Positions 10,229 to 20,381 of a DNA stretch of 64,000 nt are shown piece by piece (within the stretch, counting starts at the first letter, position 1; each line of letters opens with the position of its first letter). The notes beneath the pieces are model-generated. The model saw only the letters and a list, made by a program, of their open reading frames with translations. It was not told where the DNA came from and made no database searches. A program made the position numbers and the translations under genes. Source of the DNA: an uncultured Lachnospiraceae bacterium (GTDB lineage Bacteria; Bacillota; Clostridia; Lachnospirales; Lachnospiraceae); the NCBI GenBank assembly GCA_934432595.1, contig CAKRYR010000002.1:71387-135386 (forward strand). Direction: 5' to 3'.

Positions 10229-11689
10229 ATGGGAAAAAAGAGGTTAAGTATCATTGCGGCAGCAGTAGCTTTTGGGTTAATGTGTGTGCATGGGGATATT
10301 AAGTCCAATGCGTCTGCATTAAAAGCTAAAGATACGAAATCAAATCAAACAGTTACAATCAACGAAGTAAGAGTTCCAGGTTCAAATGTTGCAACAGCAG
10401 CAGAAAACTTACCTAGTGAGGTGGACAATAGTCAAACAAAGTATTTTCCACCTATTATTAATCAAGGAACTGTCGAATCATGTGCAAGTTGGGCATTAAC
10501 TTATTATCAAGCATCTACAGAATTCAATAGATTGAATGACTTAGATGGTTCATTGCCTGAAAATCAATTATCTCCAATGTGGACTTATAATTTTACAAAT
10601 GGCGGAAAAAATGCTGGTACATACTTTACAGATGTTGCTAAGATTTTAAAAGAAATTGGTGGCGTTGATATGGCAAATATCCCTGTAGACACTAGTACAG
10701 GAGAAATGCAAATTGGGAATATTAATGCAGACAAGGAAATGTTTAAATTAGCAAGCAAAAAAAGAATATCTGGATATGACGGAATAAGTAATGGTGATGC
10801 TAATAGATTTGATAATTCTACTCCTATTACAAGTCCTAAGTCAGAAGTTTTAAATGAAGCAAAAGTAGCACTTAACGAAGGACATATTTTATCTGCCTCA
10901 AGTCCAGGTAATAAATGGATATACAATACTATTGAAGCAAATGATCAAGTACCTGCAAATTCAGAATTTGTTGGACAACAAATTGTATCTAGATGCGATA
11001 AACCAGGATATGCTGGACATAGAATTGCAATCGTTGGATACAATGATGATATATGGGTTGACATTAATGAAAATGGAAACGTAGATGAAGGAGAAAAAGG
11101 AGCATTTAAGATTGCAAATAGTAGAGGAACTGAGTATGGCAATGATGGATATATGTGGATGTCATATGATTCATTAAATTATATCTCATCAGTATACCAA
11201 GGTGGAAATGTAGATCTTGGATATGAAAATAGAGAGCCATCTTTAATCGATATTATTGTTTTAAATGTTGATGTAAACCAAACTGAACCAGAATATTTCA
11301 TAGAGTTTGATGCAGAAACATCAAAAGCTGCAGGAATGTCTGTAGTTGTAACAGCTACTAAGAAATCAGATGGTAACTTAAGACCATATAAGCCAGCACC
11401 ATTTAAACGTGCTATGGAAATAGGCCTTGGTGAAGTTGATTTCGATGGTTCAACTAATGTAACTAAAGGAAGTTTTGCAATTAATATTGGAAACTTAATT
11501 ACGGATGTAAATCCTGATAATTTTAACGATTATAATTGGATTGTATGTGTGGGTAACTTTGGTAAAGACGATACACCTATTACATATTCTAATTTTAAAA
11601 TTGTAGATAAAAATGGTAATGTTGTACTAAATGGTGATACAGATTCTGTTACACTAGAAAGTGGCGACAAATATGTAAGATTTAATTAA
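10229..11689 (+). CDS. secreted papain-like (C1 family) cysteine peptidase with a C-terminal domain of unknown function
   Basis: Signal peptide MGKKRLSIIAAAVAFGLMCVHG. Catalytic Gln/Cys region NQGTVESCASWAL, His region GHRIAIVGY, Asn region NSRGTEYGNDGYMWMSY. I prefer the start at 10229. Confidence 0.75.
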   Translation: MGKKRLSIIAAAVAFGLMCVHGDIKSNASALKAKDTKSNQTVTINEVRVPGSNVATAAENLPSEVDNSQTKYFPPIINQGTVESCASWALTYYQASTEFNRLNDLDGSLPENQLSPMWTYNFTNGGKNAGTYFTDVAKILKEIGGVDMANIPVDTSTGEMQIGNINADKEMFKLASKKRISGYDGISNGDANRFDNSTPITSPKSEVLNEAKVALNEGHILSASSPGNKWIYNTIEANDQVPANSEFVGQQIVSRCDKPGYAGHRIAIVGYNDDIWVDINENGNVDEGEKGAFKIANSRGTEYGNDGYMWMSYDSLNYISSVYQGGNVDLGYENREPSLIDIIVLNVDVNQTEPEYFIEFDAETSKAAGMSVVVTATKKSDGNLRPYKPAPFKRAMEIGLGEVDFDGSTNVTKGSFAINIGNLITDVNPDNFNDYNWIVCVGNFGKDDTPITYSNFKIVDKNGNVVLNGDTDSVTLESGDKYVRFN

Positions 11690-11793
11690 GGAAATATATC
11701 AGAACAATTGATAGAAGCATATATCAATTCTCATTATGAGATTTGATAAGGGAAAAAGGTTATACGGACTAGATTCCTTTCAATATGAAAATG

Positions 11794-11845
11794 GGTAATA
11801 CTTTATTGCACACCCCCTAAATGTGATAAAGTATTACCTATTTTT
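11794..11845. terminator. bidirectional terminator between convergent genes
   Basis: GGTAATACTTTAT (11794-11806) pairs with ATAAAGTATTACC (11826-11838), followed by TATTTTTC. Confidence 0.6.
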
Positions 11846-11924
11846 CTTTTATTTGCTTATATTAAATTATTCTTGTTTGTATTTTCATCCCTTCGCAAAA
11901 AAATCGTAAGCGACTCTATATTCT

Positions 11925-12806
11925 TTAATCAAGTGAATCAATATATCTTTCCATAGCATAATTTTTTGAATATCCAGGAAATACATATAGTGGAGTATTA
12001 GATACAAATACTCGTAAATCTTCACCGACTTTATATTTGATAATTAAAGATGATTTTACTATTCTATTACTATATGAATAGTCTAGATAGTTTAATGAAT
12101 ATCTTACTTTAAAGTCGTGATCTTTCTTAAGTTCCATGTACACATTTTGTGCATCTGTAGGAGTATCGTTAATAGTAAGGTCATTTATATTAAAAAAGTC
12201 AGCTGCTTTAATAGACATAAGGGTTAAATCATTGTAAGTATGTAATGTAAAGTTAGCTAGATTATTATCCTTAGGTAATGTGTAATAAGCGGTATTAGTA
12301 TTAGTCATGATCATACTATCTGTGTTTAGCTTATATTCACCATTATTGGTTATATAAGCATCATTGCATACTGAAAAATCTGGTGTTTTATATGTGAAGT
12401 TAGCATCATTAACTTTCAGCATAATCTTAGGTACAGTAATACTATAAGCTTGAGTCTCTGATGAAATATTTCTGAATGTGATTGTAAAACTGTATATCTT
12501 GTATTTGTTATACGTAATGACATCGGAACTATCAAAGTCTAGTCTATGTGTCACAAATTTATCTAATCCTCCATCACAAGAAATTAGTTCTACGGAATGT
12601 ATCTCTTTCTTGGATATCAGTGGAAATGACAGGGTGACGTTAGAGTCTCCGATTAAACATACGTTATATGAAACTATATCCCCGCCAGAGTTAGCTGAAC
12701 TCTGTGCGTATGTATTTGACTTCCCATTTTCAAATATATAAGCTACCGATAGAATCGCAATTGCTAGCAATGCAGCAGTTAGGCACTTGTTTACGTTAAA
12801 AACCAT
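11925..12806 (-). CDS. secreted hypothetical protein
   Basis: 293-aa ORF with GGAGG upstream and an N-terminal signal-like segment (CLTAALLAIAILSVAYIF). No family motif recognised. Confidence 0.5.
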   Translation of the reverse strand: MVFNVNKCLTAALLAIAILSVAYIFENGKSNTYAQSSANSGGDIVSYNVCLIGDSNVTLSFPLISKKEIHSVELISCDGGLDKFVTHRLDFDSSDVITYNKYKIYSFTITFRNISSETQAYSITVPKIMLKVNDANFTYKTPDFSVCNDAYITNNGEYKLNTDSMIMTNTNTAYYTLPKDNNLANFTLHTYNDLTLMSIKAADFFNINDLTINDTPTDAQNVYMELKKDHDFKVRYSLNYLDYSYSNRIVKSSLIIKYKVGEDLRVFVSNTPLYVFPGYSKNYAMERYIDSLD

Positions 12807-13458
12807 AAAAACCTCCTAATCCTACGACAATTTCAGTTACTTGTAAATATGATAATTAAAATGGAAGAAAATGTCAATAGATTTTTGGAATCTATTATTA
12901 GCTATTCTAGTGAAGATGCTTGAATGGGGACGATTTAAATATTTTTAATAGTTCTATTAATATTGTCGGAGTTGTCAGATTTTGGTGAATATTTAGGAAG
13001 TGGGATAATTTTAGGTTTTGTGGCAATTGTCGATATATTATTAGGAAATACGACATTTTGAAGTTTTTATTAACTGGCGTGGTTAGATTTAATGTATAGT
13101 TAACAGTTTGTAACATTTATTGGAAATATTTGTTACTTGCTTGAGAATGTGTATTAACCATACTTATAAATGTTATGAAAACCCTTAATATATAAGGCTT
13201 TTTTGGAGGTCGAAGGAGGTTGAAAATTGTCAAAAAAGTGGTACACTTTTCTCTTTGCGAATAGTGAACTAATAGAAAAGTTGGAGTTTAGAGAGGTTTG
13301 CGCGAAATTGTTACTTGCTTGTTACTTACGAAAATGGGGTGATATTATCAAGGTATTTTTCATTATTGTTAGAAAAATAAAATAATTTATTGTATGTCTA
13401 AAATTATATTCATATAATATTATTAAGAATGAATTATAAAAGCAGGGAGATGATCTTA

Positions 13459-13599
13459 ATGACAATGACAAAGGTTGAAATTAATATACCAGAAAAATTG
13501 TACCATATTATAAAAGAACGCATAGATCTATTGAAAAAGAATAACATACGTATAAGTGAAAAACTATATCAAAAATTACAAAACTATGTTGGAATATAG
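13459..13599 (+). CDS. small hypothetical protein (46 aa)
   Basis: ATG preceded by AGGGAG. Translates to MTMTKVEINIPEKLYHIIKERIDLLKKNNIRISEKLYQKLQNYVGI. Followed by a T-run and the hairpin AAACGCA..TGCGTTT (about 13655-13677). Below the track's size cut-off. Confidence 0.3.
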   Translation: MTMTKVEINIPEKLYHIIKERIDLLKKNNIRISEKLYQKLQNYVGI

Positions 13600-13716
13600 A
13601 ATATATTTTGCAAATTGCGTTCACTTTATAGTGGATGATTTTTTTTTTTTATAAATAAACGCACGCTTGCGTTTATTATACATTTAGCGTGCGTTTACGA
13701 TATATTTAATATTTTT

Positions 13717-15057
13717 TTATAAAAATTGTGTCATATATACTGGTAAGCATATAATATCATTATCTTTTTTTAAATCTTTTGTATATATCAAATATCTCCA
13801 TAAAATTCTATCTGAAAACTTGTTTGTAAATGCATCCAATGAAGCGTGTGTGGTATAACCTGATGATTTGACTTCAAGTGGGCATATTTTATTTTTCCTA
13901 GCCAATATAAAATCTACTTCGTAATTATGTTTAGAAGTTAAGTTCATAAACGTATGATAAAATAATTCATTACCATTAGCAACCAATGTTTGAGCAATTA
14001 CATTTTCGTATAAATATCCGAGATTAGTCGATAGTTTATCATTTAACAATTTTTTATAAATAACATTTTCTGTAAAATCTCTATCTTTAAACATAAGGGT
14101 AACAAATAAACCTGTATCACAAATAAAAAGCTTGAATTTTTTTAAATCTTTGTTATTTGACATACCTATATTAGGATCATTGGCATGATACGAAACAAGG
14201 ACGGTCTTTGAATCATTAAGCTCTGCAATTAATTCAAGTATCTTCTCTGCACGATCTCCTTCTAAAATGCTTGAAACTTGATATCTTGAAGCATTTTTAT
14301 TTAGTTGGGCTGGTATGGCATCAAACAATAAAGAAATTTTTCCAGTTGGATCGATTTTTTTAAAGTCATCTTCATACAAGTTTAAAATATCTCGTTTAAT
14401 CTGATCAACCTTTTTAAAATTATTTGTTTCTATATATTCATTTACAGCTTGAGGCATACCTCCAATTAACATATATAAACGAAAATCTCTAAGTAATTTT
14501 CTATGTGTAACATCTCCTATTGATGTTTTGGAGTTATATACTTTTTTTAACAAAGGAACTGTAGTGGTATCACCGATTGCCCAAAGAAATTCTTCATAAT
14601 CCATCGGATACATATTTATTTTTCGTTCTTCACTTGGTATTAGAATATCCTTAACATTTTTTTTAATGGAAATCAATGAGCCTGTCTCAATATAATCATA
14701 TCTATAATCCTTAACTAAAGATTTAATAGCTTGTCTAGCTAAAGGACACAATTGTACTTCATCGAATATAATTAATGATTTTCTCTCATGAAGATCAACC
14801 TCATATTGCAGTTGTAGTTGTAAAAATAAATAGTTTAAATCAGAAACATCTTCAAATAATTCCTTTACAGCTTTTGAAGCTATAGAAAAATCAATTAGAA
14901 TATATGATTCATATTCATTCTTAGCGAATTCCTCTACTACAGTTGACTTCCCTATACGTCTAGCACCTTCTATTAATAATGCAGTTTTTCCATCAGACTC
15001 TTTTTTCCATTCTAATAACTTATCATATATTTTTCGTTTAAACATTTTATCCTCCAT
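13717..15057 (-). CDS. AAA-family ATPase with DUF4143-type C-terminal domain
   Basis: Walker A GARRIGKST and Walker B-like LIIFDEVQ. The architecture is that of AAA_14 plus DUF4143 proteins. It is a diverged paralogue of 29454-30653. Confidence 0.7.
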   Translation of the reverse strand: MEDKMFKRKIYDKLLEWKKESDGKTALLIEGARRIGKSTVVEEFAKNEYESYILIDFSIASKAVKELFEDVSDLNYLFLQLQLQYEVDLHERKSLIIFDEVQLCPLARQAIKSLVKDYRYDYIETGSLISIKKNVKDILIPSEERKINMYPMDYEEFLWAIGDTTTVPLLKKVYNSKTSIGDVTHRKLLRDFRLYMLIGGMPQAVNEYIETNNFKKVDQIKRDILNLYEDDFKKIDPTGKISLLFDAIPAQLNKNASRYQVSSILEGDRAEKILELIAELNDSKTVLVSYHANDPNIGMSNNKDLKKFKLFICDTGLFVTLMFKDRDFTENVIYKKLLNDKLSTNLGYLYENVIAQTLVANGNELFYHTFMNLTSKHNYEVDFILARKNKICPLEVKSSGYTTHASLDAFTNKFSDRILWRYLIYTKDLKKDNDIICLPVYMTQFL

Positions 15058-15099
15058 ATAACTTAATTATTTTAGAAGCGTATTTTTTATATTACTAAT

Positions 15100-15181
15100 A
15101 TATCACAAAATCGCACATTTTATTCATTAAATTTATACCAAAATCGCATTTTTTATTTTCACATTATATCACAAAATCGCA
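15100..15181. promoter_or_regulatory. three direct repeats (CAAAATCGCA core) upstream of the ATPase gene; putative operator
   Basis: ATATCACAAAATCGCA at 15100-15115 and 15166-15181. The core CAAAATCGCA is at 15139-15148. All lie in the 5' region of the minus-strand gene. Confidence 0.35.
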
Positions 15182-15328
15182 TTTTTTGAAAGATAGTAGT
15201 TTAAAAAATATAAACAATAATATTTACTTAGTAGAAATATATAATACATAAATAAATAAGAGCAAGCCCATCGGACTTGCTTTGTTTACAGTCTGATACT
15301 TTAGTATTAAACTAAAGCGACTAAATAA

Positions 15329-16159
15329 TTATTGAATATTATATTCTTTATATAGCTTTTCTTTATATTGTTTATCAGAAGCAACACGACCAATATCTTC
15401 AAATCTATGTTCTCTATAAAGCAAGTTCATCAAAGTAGCTAATTTTTCCTCTCCTTCCACTCTACCTTTTATTCTGCCTCGTCTTTCTCCTTCTCTTCTG
15501 CTCTCTAATAGGTTCAATTCATACTTCATATATTTCACCCTCCAATCAGCATTTCTTCTTTTTATTCTTACCGCTTCATCTAGTTTCTTTGTATATTCAT
15601 CTGTTATTGTTTCCTCGTTAATATATTTTATCAAACTTGCAAGCTTCGGATTTAGATTTTCATCATCTAATGGAGCAGTAGTATTTACAAATACTTTAGT
15701 AGTAGCATCATTTAATACTAATTCTTTATCTTCCGTACATATATTTTTAAATGTGTATTTGAGGAAATCTTTTTTAAATACGTCAAATGTACAGATAAAT
15801 ATCACTATAGTATTTTTTAATGCATCATAATCCATTCCTGCCTGTAATTGATTTAAATCAATTGCACTTTGATAAAATCTTGATCTTTTTGGTAAGTTAG
15901 TGCTTTTACCTGCTTGCATTTCAACGTTATATACTGTATTTTCACTATCTTCAGTATATATGTCTAATCTAACACCTTTACCATCATAACTATCTTTCTT
16001 TGTATCTTGACCAGTTACGTATACTAGTTTCTTAATCTTAATATCTAGTATTCGTTCTAATAATTCTTTGCATAATTCCTTATCTGACATAACACTAAAG
16101 AACATAAAATCATCTTTTAATGTTATTTGGTCAAAATCTTTTGTAACTTCGTATTCCAT
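15329..16159 (-). mobile_element. Rpn-family recombination-promoting nuclease / PD-(D/E)XK putative transposase, left copy
   Basis: The N-terminal LKDDFMFFSVMSDKELCKELLERIL and LDIYTEDSENTVYNVEMQ (D...E.Q nuclease core) are typical of the PDDEXK_2/Rpn family. Near-identical to 31847-32689 in inverted orientation. Confidence 0.75.
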
Positions 16160-16409
16160 ACCCTTATCTTCCTTTCATTATAGCATATTAAACAAATGTT
16201 ATACAATATATCCATTATATAAATGCTATTCTGTGCAATAAATTTTTTTAAAAAGTATGAAAAATTTCTCATTCTAAATAGCAACTCATAGATAGAAATG
16301 AAAAACCCTTCACTAATAATACGGATTTGACCCCATCAAATGTTCCCGTTTTATAGAAAGTTTATGGAATTTTATAGAAATTTTATTTTCTGACTAAAGA
16401 TATAGCAAT

Positions 16410-16436
16410 AAGAGCAAGCCCATCGGACTTGCTCTT
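16410..16436 (-). terminator. terminator hairpin after surface-protein gene A (member of a repeated hairpin family)
   Basis: AAGAGCAAG...CTTGCTCTT stem. Related copies lie at about 15259-15285, 29236-29262 and 31570-31597, and differ mainly in the loop. Confidence 0.6.
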
Positions 16437-16485
16437 ATCTATATTATGATTAAATCATATTCAATTATTATCTATCGAATATCAA

Positions 16486-19400
16486 TTATTTTACTACAAC
16501 AGCCTTAGCTGATGAGAATGCTCCATAGTAAGTGTTTGAACCTACAGTCTTGTATGCTCTAACTTTGAACTTATATGTTGCTCCCTTAGCCAAACCAGTC
16601 TTAGTAAAGCTTGTAGAAGTAGTAGTCTTAACTTTTACATACTTACCATTACCTTTAGCCATGTAGATTTGATATCCTGTAGCTCTTGCTACTTTAGTAA
16701 ACTTAACTGTTGCTTTCTTACTTCCTGCAGTCACTGAAGGAGTTGCTACCTTAGCTGGTGCAGTAGTAGTCTTCTTAGTTGCGTATACTTTTGAGTATCC
16801 AGCAGTCTTAGCATAAGCTTTAACAGCAAATGTATAAGTAGTAGCTGAAGCTAATCCAGTTACATTCATGCTAGTAGCTGTAGTATTCTTGAATACCTTG
16901 TAGCTCTTAGCACCTGGTGCTTTATAGTATACTCTGTATGAAGTTGCTCCAGTAGCCTTAGTCCAGTTTAACTTAACTGAGCTTGCAGTTCTTGAAGTTC
17001 CTAACATCTTAACTTTACCAGGTACAATAACAACTTTTGCTACGTTTGATTCAGCTTGGTTGTAGTTAGTAGTTGCAATTGAAGTAGCTTTTACATAGTA
17101 TGTTCCAACTTTAGTTGGTACAGCTATCTCAGTTGTGCAATCTGCATCTGCATAATAAACATATGCTACAGGTGCACCTGCTTTGTTAGTTGTCTTAGGT
17201 TGAACTGATCCACCTAGTACAACTGTTTTATCTTCAACTTTTAATTCATTATCAGCTCTATCAATTAGGAAAGTAGCTGTTAATTTACCTTTTGTTTCAG
17301 TAACTTTTTCGAATTTACCTATGAAGTTAATTGTAGCTCTTGCAATACCTACGTTAATATTTTCATCGTAAGTTACAGTGTAGTCTACATCTTTAACAAG
17401 TGTAAAGTCTGGATTTAGACCATTTAAGTGTTCAACACTTACAACACCTTCAAGTTCTTCACCTGTATAAACTAAGTCCTTAGTTGTTACTTTATAATTA
17501 TCAGTAGCTTCACCTACTGATGTAGTAGACATAGTAGTAACTGAGTATTTAACAACTTTTGAATCATATTTATTATTCTTATCTGTTATTGTACAGTTAT
17601 ATGTTGGAGTTGTACCATCATATGTTATTGTAAATGTTGGATCAGTTGATAATGTTGTAGCACTTGATCCTTTTGTCCATTTATAAGTTACTTCTTCACC
17701 TTCTGCAACATCTACTTTAGGAGCAAAAGTATACTCTCTATCTTTAATTCCCTTTACAGCAAATGTATCATTTGTAGTTGCTACTAATTCTTTTCCGTTA
17801 GGACCATATACAGTAAATGGAACAACTTTATTAACTTTAATAGTTACTGTTCTTGTAGCAACACCATCTGTTACTTCACATACGAAGTAGTTTGCTTCGT
17901 TAACTTTATTTCCTTGAGTAGGATCTTCCTTCTTAACTTCAGGAATATAGATGTGATCATCTGCTAAAGTTCCTATTTTTACTACATTATTATCAATTGT
18001 AGCATTAATTGTACTGAAAGTTGTAACATCCGTTGCTGGTGTTGGATTATCGTCATCTAAATTAGTATCAGCATTTTTAACAAACTTCCAAGTATATGAT
18101 AATGGTAAAGAAGAAGTAGCATTAACTTTTAACTCAAGATCTTTTACTTGTAATTTGCTTGTTACATCAGTTGCAGATGCAGTTAAATCTGATACATATA
18201 TTACGTTCAATGTATGAATTGCTGTATCAGTTCCATTTGAAACTGTCCATTCATATTTACCAAAATCAGAATATGAAGCAGTATTTACTTTGTATGATTT
18301 AACAGTTGCGTCTGTTTTATCTACTAATGGAGAACCACCGTTTAATGTTAACTGACTGCTGTTAGTTGTGCCTTCAACTGTAGGTGCAGTCATCTCGAAT
18401 GAACCACCAACTTTAACAACCTTAACCTCTGAAGTTTTGATTGTTGAAGTATCATCTTTACCTAAAGTAAATGTTTCTGTAAATAATGCATCTGAACTAG
18501 ATCCTGCAGCAGCTGTATCAATTAAATCACATAATGCAGCATACTTAGTATTTGCTGAGGCATCAGCAACAGCGTCTAATTTTGTCTTAAATAATTCATT
18601 ATATTTTTCAACAGAAACGGCATAACATTTAACTGTAGTAATATTGTTTGATGTTTTGTCATTAATTGTAATGTTCTTATTAGTACCATCATAGCTCATT
18701 ACATCGTTTTCTGTAAGTAAAGTAGATATCTTTTTACCTACAACTTGCCATACATATCTGTAATCTGCATTTGAAGGAATACTAGTTGTTAATGATAACT
18801 TGTCATTTAATAATGTATCATCAGTATCTAATGCAACTACATCTGTATAAATATTAGTCATTTTATCCTTAACAGTAGATGCATTTGTTCCATCTAGTGT
18901 TAATGTAACATTTGCACTAACATCTCTAATTGTATCGTTTACTGTACATTTATATGTACCAAAATCAGCGTTAGTCAAATTAGTAAGTTCTATTCTATTA
19001 CTTGTGTATTGAGGTAATTTAGTACCGCCTCTTGTCCATGAATATGTAAGGTCTTTCTTTGTACTCTTAACAGTTACTTCAACCACAGCATTTCCACCAA
19101 CAATACCTTTAACTGTTGCTGGAGTTGCAGTTACAGTAGTATCTGATGCTTCGTATAAGTTTACTAAAGCATAATCAGTTGAATCTGTTGTTAAACCATT
19201 AGAATCCAATTTAACTGCTAAGTATAAACCTAAGTTAGCTGGAGTAACTTCTTCAAAGTATAACTTTGTATCGTCATTAGCTTTTTCAAAAGCATTTTCA
19301 GCAACTAATGTCCAATATTTTACTTTAGCAACCTCAGTCTTAGTAGTTGTTCCGTCTAAATAAGGAACTTCTACTGTAGTTTCAGAAGGTACTAATTTAT

Positions 19401-19914
19401 ACCATTGAACACCATGTGCAGCATCTGTTAATCCTGAAGATACTTCAACTTTTTTATTACCTAAAGTACTTTCTTTTGTAGCATCTGTTGGAGCTACACT
19501 TCTTTCTTTTCCGTCAAAAGCGATTCCTTCATCTACGGACTTTACTGGATCTCCTTTTTGTTGTGAAAAGCCAGTTGTTTTTGCAATGCTATATGCAGTT
19601 GCATATGTTGCACCAGTAACCTTAGCTGTATCATTAATTTGAGCTCCATTTACAAGATCAGTAGCATTAATTCCTAATTTGCTCTTTAAATCAGCTTCTG
19701 TAAAAGTAATGTTTCCAGCATTTACTGTATTAATCGTATTAACAATAACTTTTCCATCATTTGCAGTAGCGTCTGTACCTGCTGGCAATGTAACAGTACC
19801 TGAGGCAGCTTTTACTTCCTTAACAAATACAGGACTTACAGTTAAAGTACTGAAAGCAACAGCGAATGCCATTGAGTAAGCGATTAACTTTTTCGCAAAA
19901 TAATTCTTTCTCAT
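16486..19914 (-). CDS. giant secreted surface protein A (Ig-like repeats plus two C-terminal fibronectin-III-like domains)
   Basis: Signal peptide MRKNYFAKKLIAYSMAFAVAFSTLTVSPVFVKEVKA. Recurrent Ig-like Y-x-C motifs (GTYKCTVND, NYFVCEVTDG, PTYNCTITD). Fn3-like blocks (SVKLNWTKATGATSYRVYYK, ATVKFTKVARATGYQIYMAK). No LPXTG, SLH or choline-binding motif was seen. Confidence 0.8.
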   Translation of the reverse strand: MRKNYFAKKLIAYSMAFAVAFSTLTVSPVFVKEVKAASGTVTLPAGTDATANDGKVIVNTINTVNAGNITFTEADLKSKLGINATDLVNGAQINDTAKVTGATYATAYSIAKTTGFSQQKGDPVKSVDEGIAFDGKERSVAPTDATKESTLGNKKVEVSSGLTDAAHGVQWYKLVPSETTVEVPYLDGTTTKTEVAKVKYWTLVAENAFEKANDDTKLYFEEVTPANLGLYLAVKLDSNGLTTDSTDYALVNLYEASDTTVTATPATVKGIVGGNAVVEVTVKSTKKDLTYSWTRGGTKLPQYTSNRIELTNLTNADFGTYKCTVNDTIRDVSANVTLTLDGTNASTVKDKMTNIYTDVVALDTDDTLLNDKLSLTTSIPSNADYRYVWQVVGKKISTLLTENDVMSYDGTNKNITINDKTSNNITTVKCYAVSVEKYNELFKTKLDAVADASANTKYAALCDLIDTAAAGSSSDALFTETFTLGKDDTSTIKTSEVKVVKVGGSFEMTAPTVEGTTNSSQLTLNGGSPLVDKTDATVKSYKVNTASYSDFGKYEWTVSNGTDTAIHTLNVIYVSDLTASATDVTSKLQVKDLELKVNATSSLPLSYTWKFVKNADTNLDDDNPTPATDVTTFSTINATIDNNVVKIGTLADDHIYIPEVKKEDPTQGNKVNEANYFVCEVTDGVATRTVTIKVNKVVPFTVYGPNGKELVATTNDTFAVKGIKDREYTFAPKVDVAEGEEVTYKWTKGSSATTLSTDPTFTITYDGTTPTYNCTITDKNNKYDSKVVKYSVTTMSTTSVGEATDNYKVTTKDLVYTGEELEGVVSVEHLNGLNPDFTLVKDVDYTVTYDENINVGIARATINFIGKFEKVTETKGKLTATFLIDRADNELKVEDKTVVLGGSVQPKTTNKAGAPVAYVYYADADCTTEIAVPTKVGTYYVKATSIATTNYNQAESNVAKVVIVPGKVKMLGTSRTASSVKLNWTKATGATSYRVYYKAPGAKSYKVFKNTTATSMNVTGLASATTYTFAVKAYAKTAGYSKVYATKKTTTAPAKVATPSVTAGSKKATVKFTKVARATGYQIYMAKGNGKYVKVKTTTSTSFTKTGLAKGATYKFKVRAYKTVGSNTYYGAFSSAKAVVVK

Positions 19915-20075
19915 GTCTTTCCTCCTATTTTTCCTATCAATATGATTATTTTGTTTTGAGAGATTGTGTTACAACGATACTAATTTCTAATCATCTATGG
20001 ATTTACTTTGGAACGCATCCTAGCTTTAGTTAAATTGATTAATTATCTTAGCACTCGTTAACATTTATCTCTTTG
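19800..20075. repeat. left copy of the inverted leader repeat (signal-peptide codons plus 5' UTR of gene A)
   Basis: The reverse complement matches 25442-25825. The distal 43-bp block at 20033-20075 equals 25442-25484. The proximal block 19915-19999 matches 25628-25712. The first roughly 110 nt of the coding sequence are about 88% identical. Confidence 0.85.
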
Positions 20076-20381
20076 CAAATAGTGAATAGGGAAATATATG
20101 CAAATATATACAAAAAATAACTTTGAAAAGTGCCTATTTTAAAGGGTTTTTAGAATAAAAATGAATAAATAATACAATTATTGGAGATAATAGATACTTA
20201 CATGTTACTTTATATAGGTAAGTTCATATTATCGACAGTGTAGGATGAACTTCCAGCAAATGGTAAGAAGGCAAACTAGGGATTAATAGGGTTTGTCAGT
20301 TCCGATTTCATTTATAGTAAATGAGTCGCTAGTGACTTTTTACTACATATTGATAATATTATAGAAAGAAGGATTGATGAA

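Noticed and set aside
12907-13116. 69-aa minus-strand ORF in the 12.8-13.4 kb intergenic region
   Set aside because: It has no ribosome-binding site, an odd composition, and lies in a repeat-rich non-coding stretch. It is treated as spurious.
20220-20340. Relatively GC-richer stretch upstream of the integrase gene, as a possible tRNA or tmRNA 3' fragment (a classic integration target)
   Set aside because: There is no T-arm/acceptor consensus (GGTTCGAATCC…CCA-type) and no cloverleaf could be drawn. It is most likely the integrase 5' UTR.
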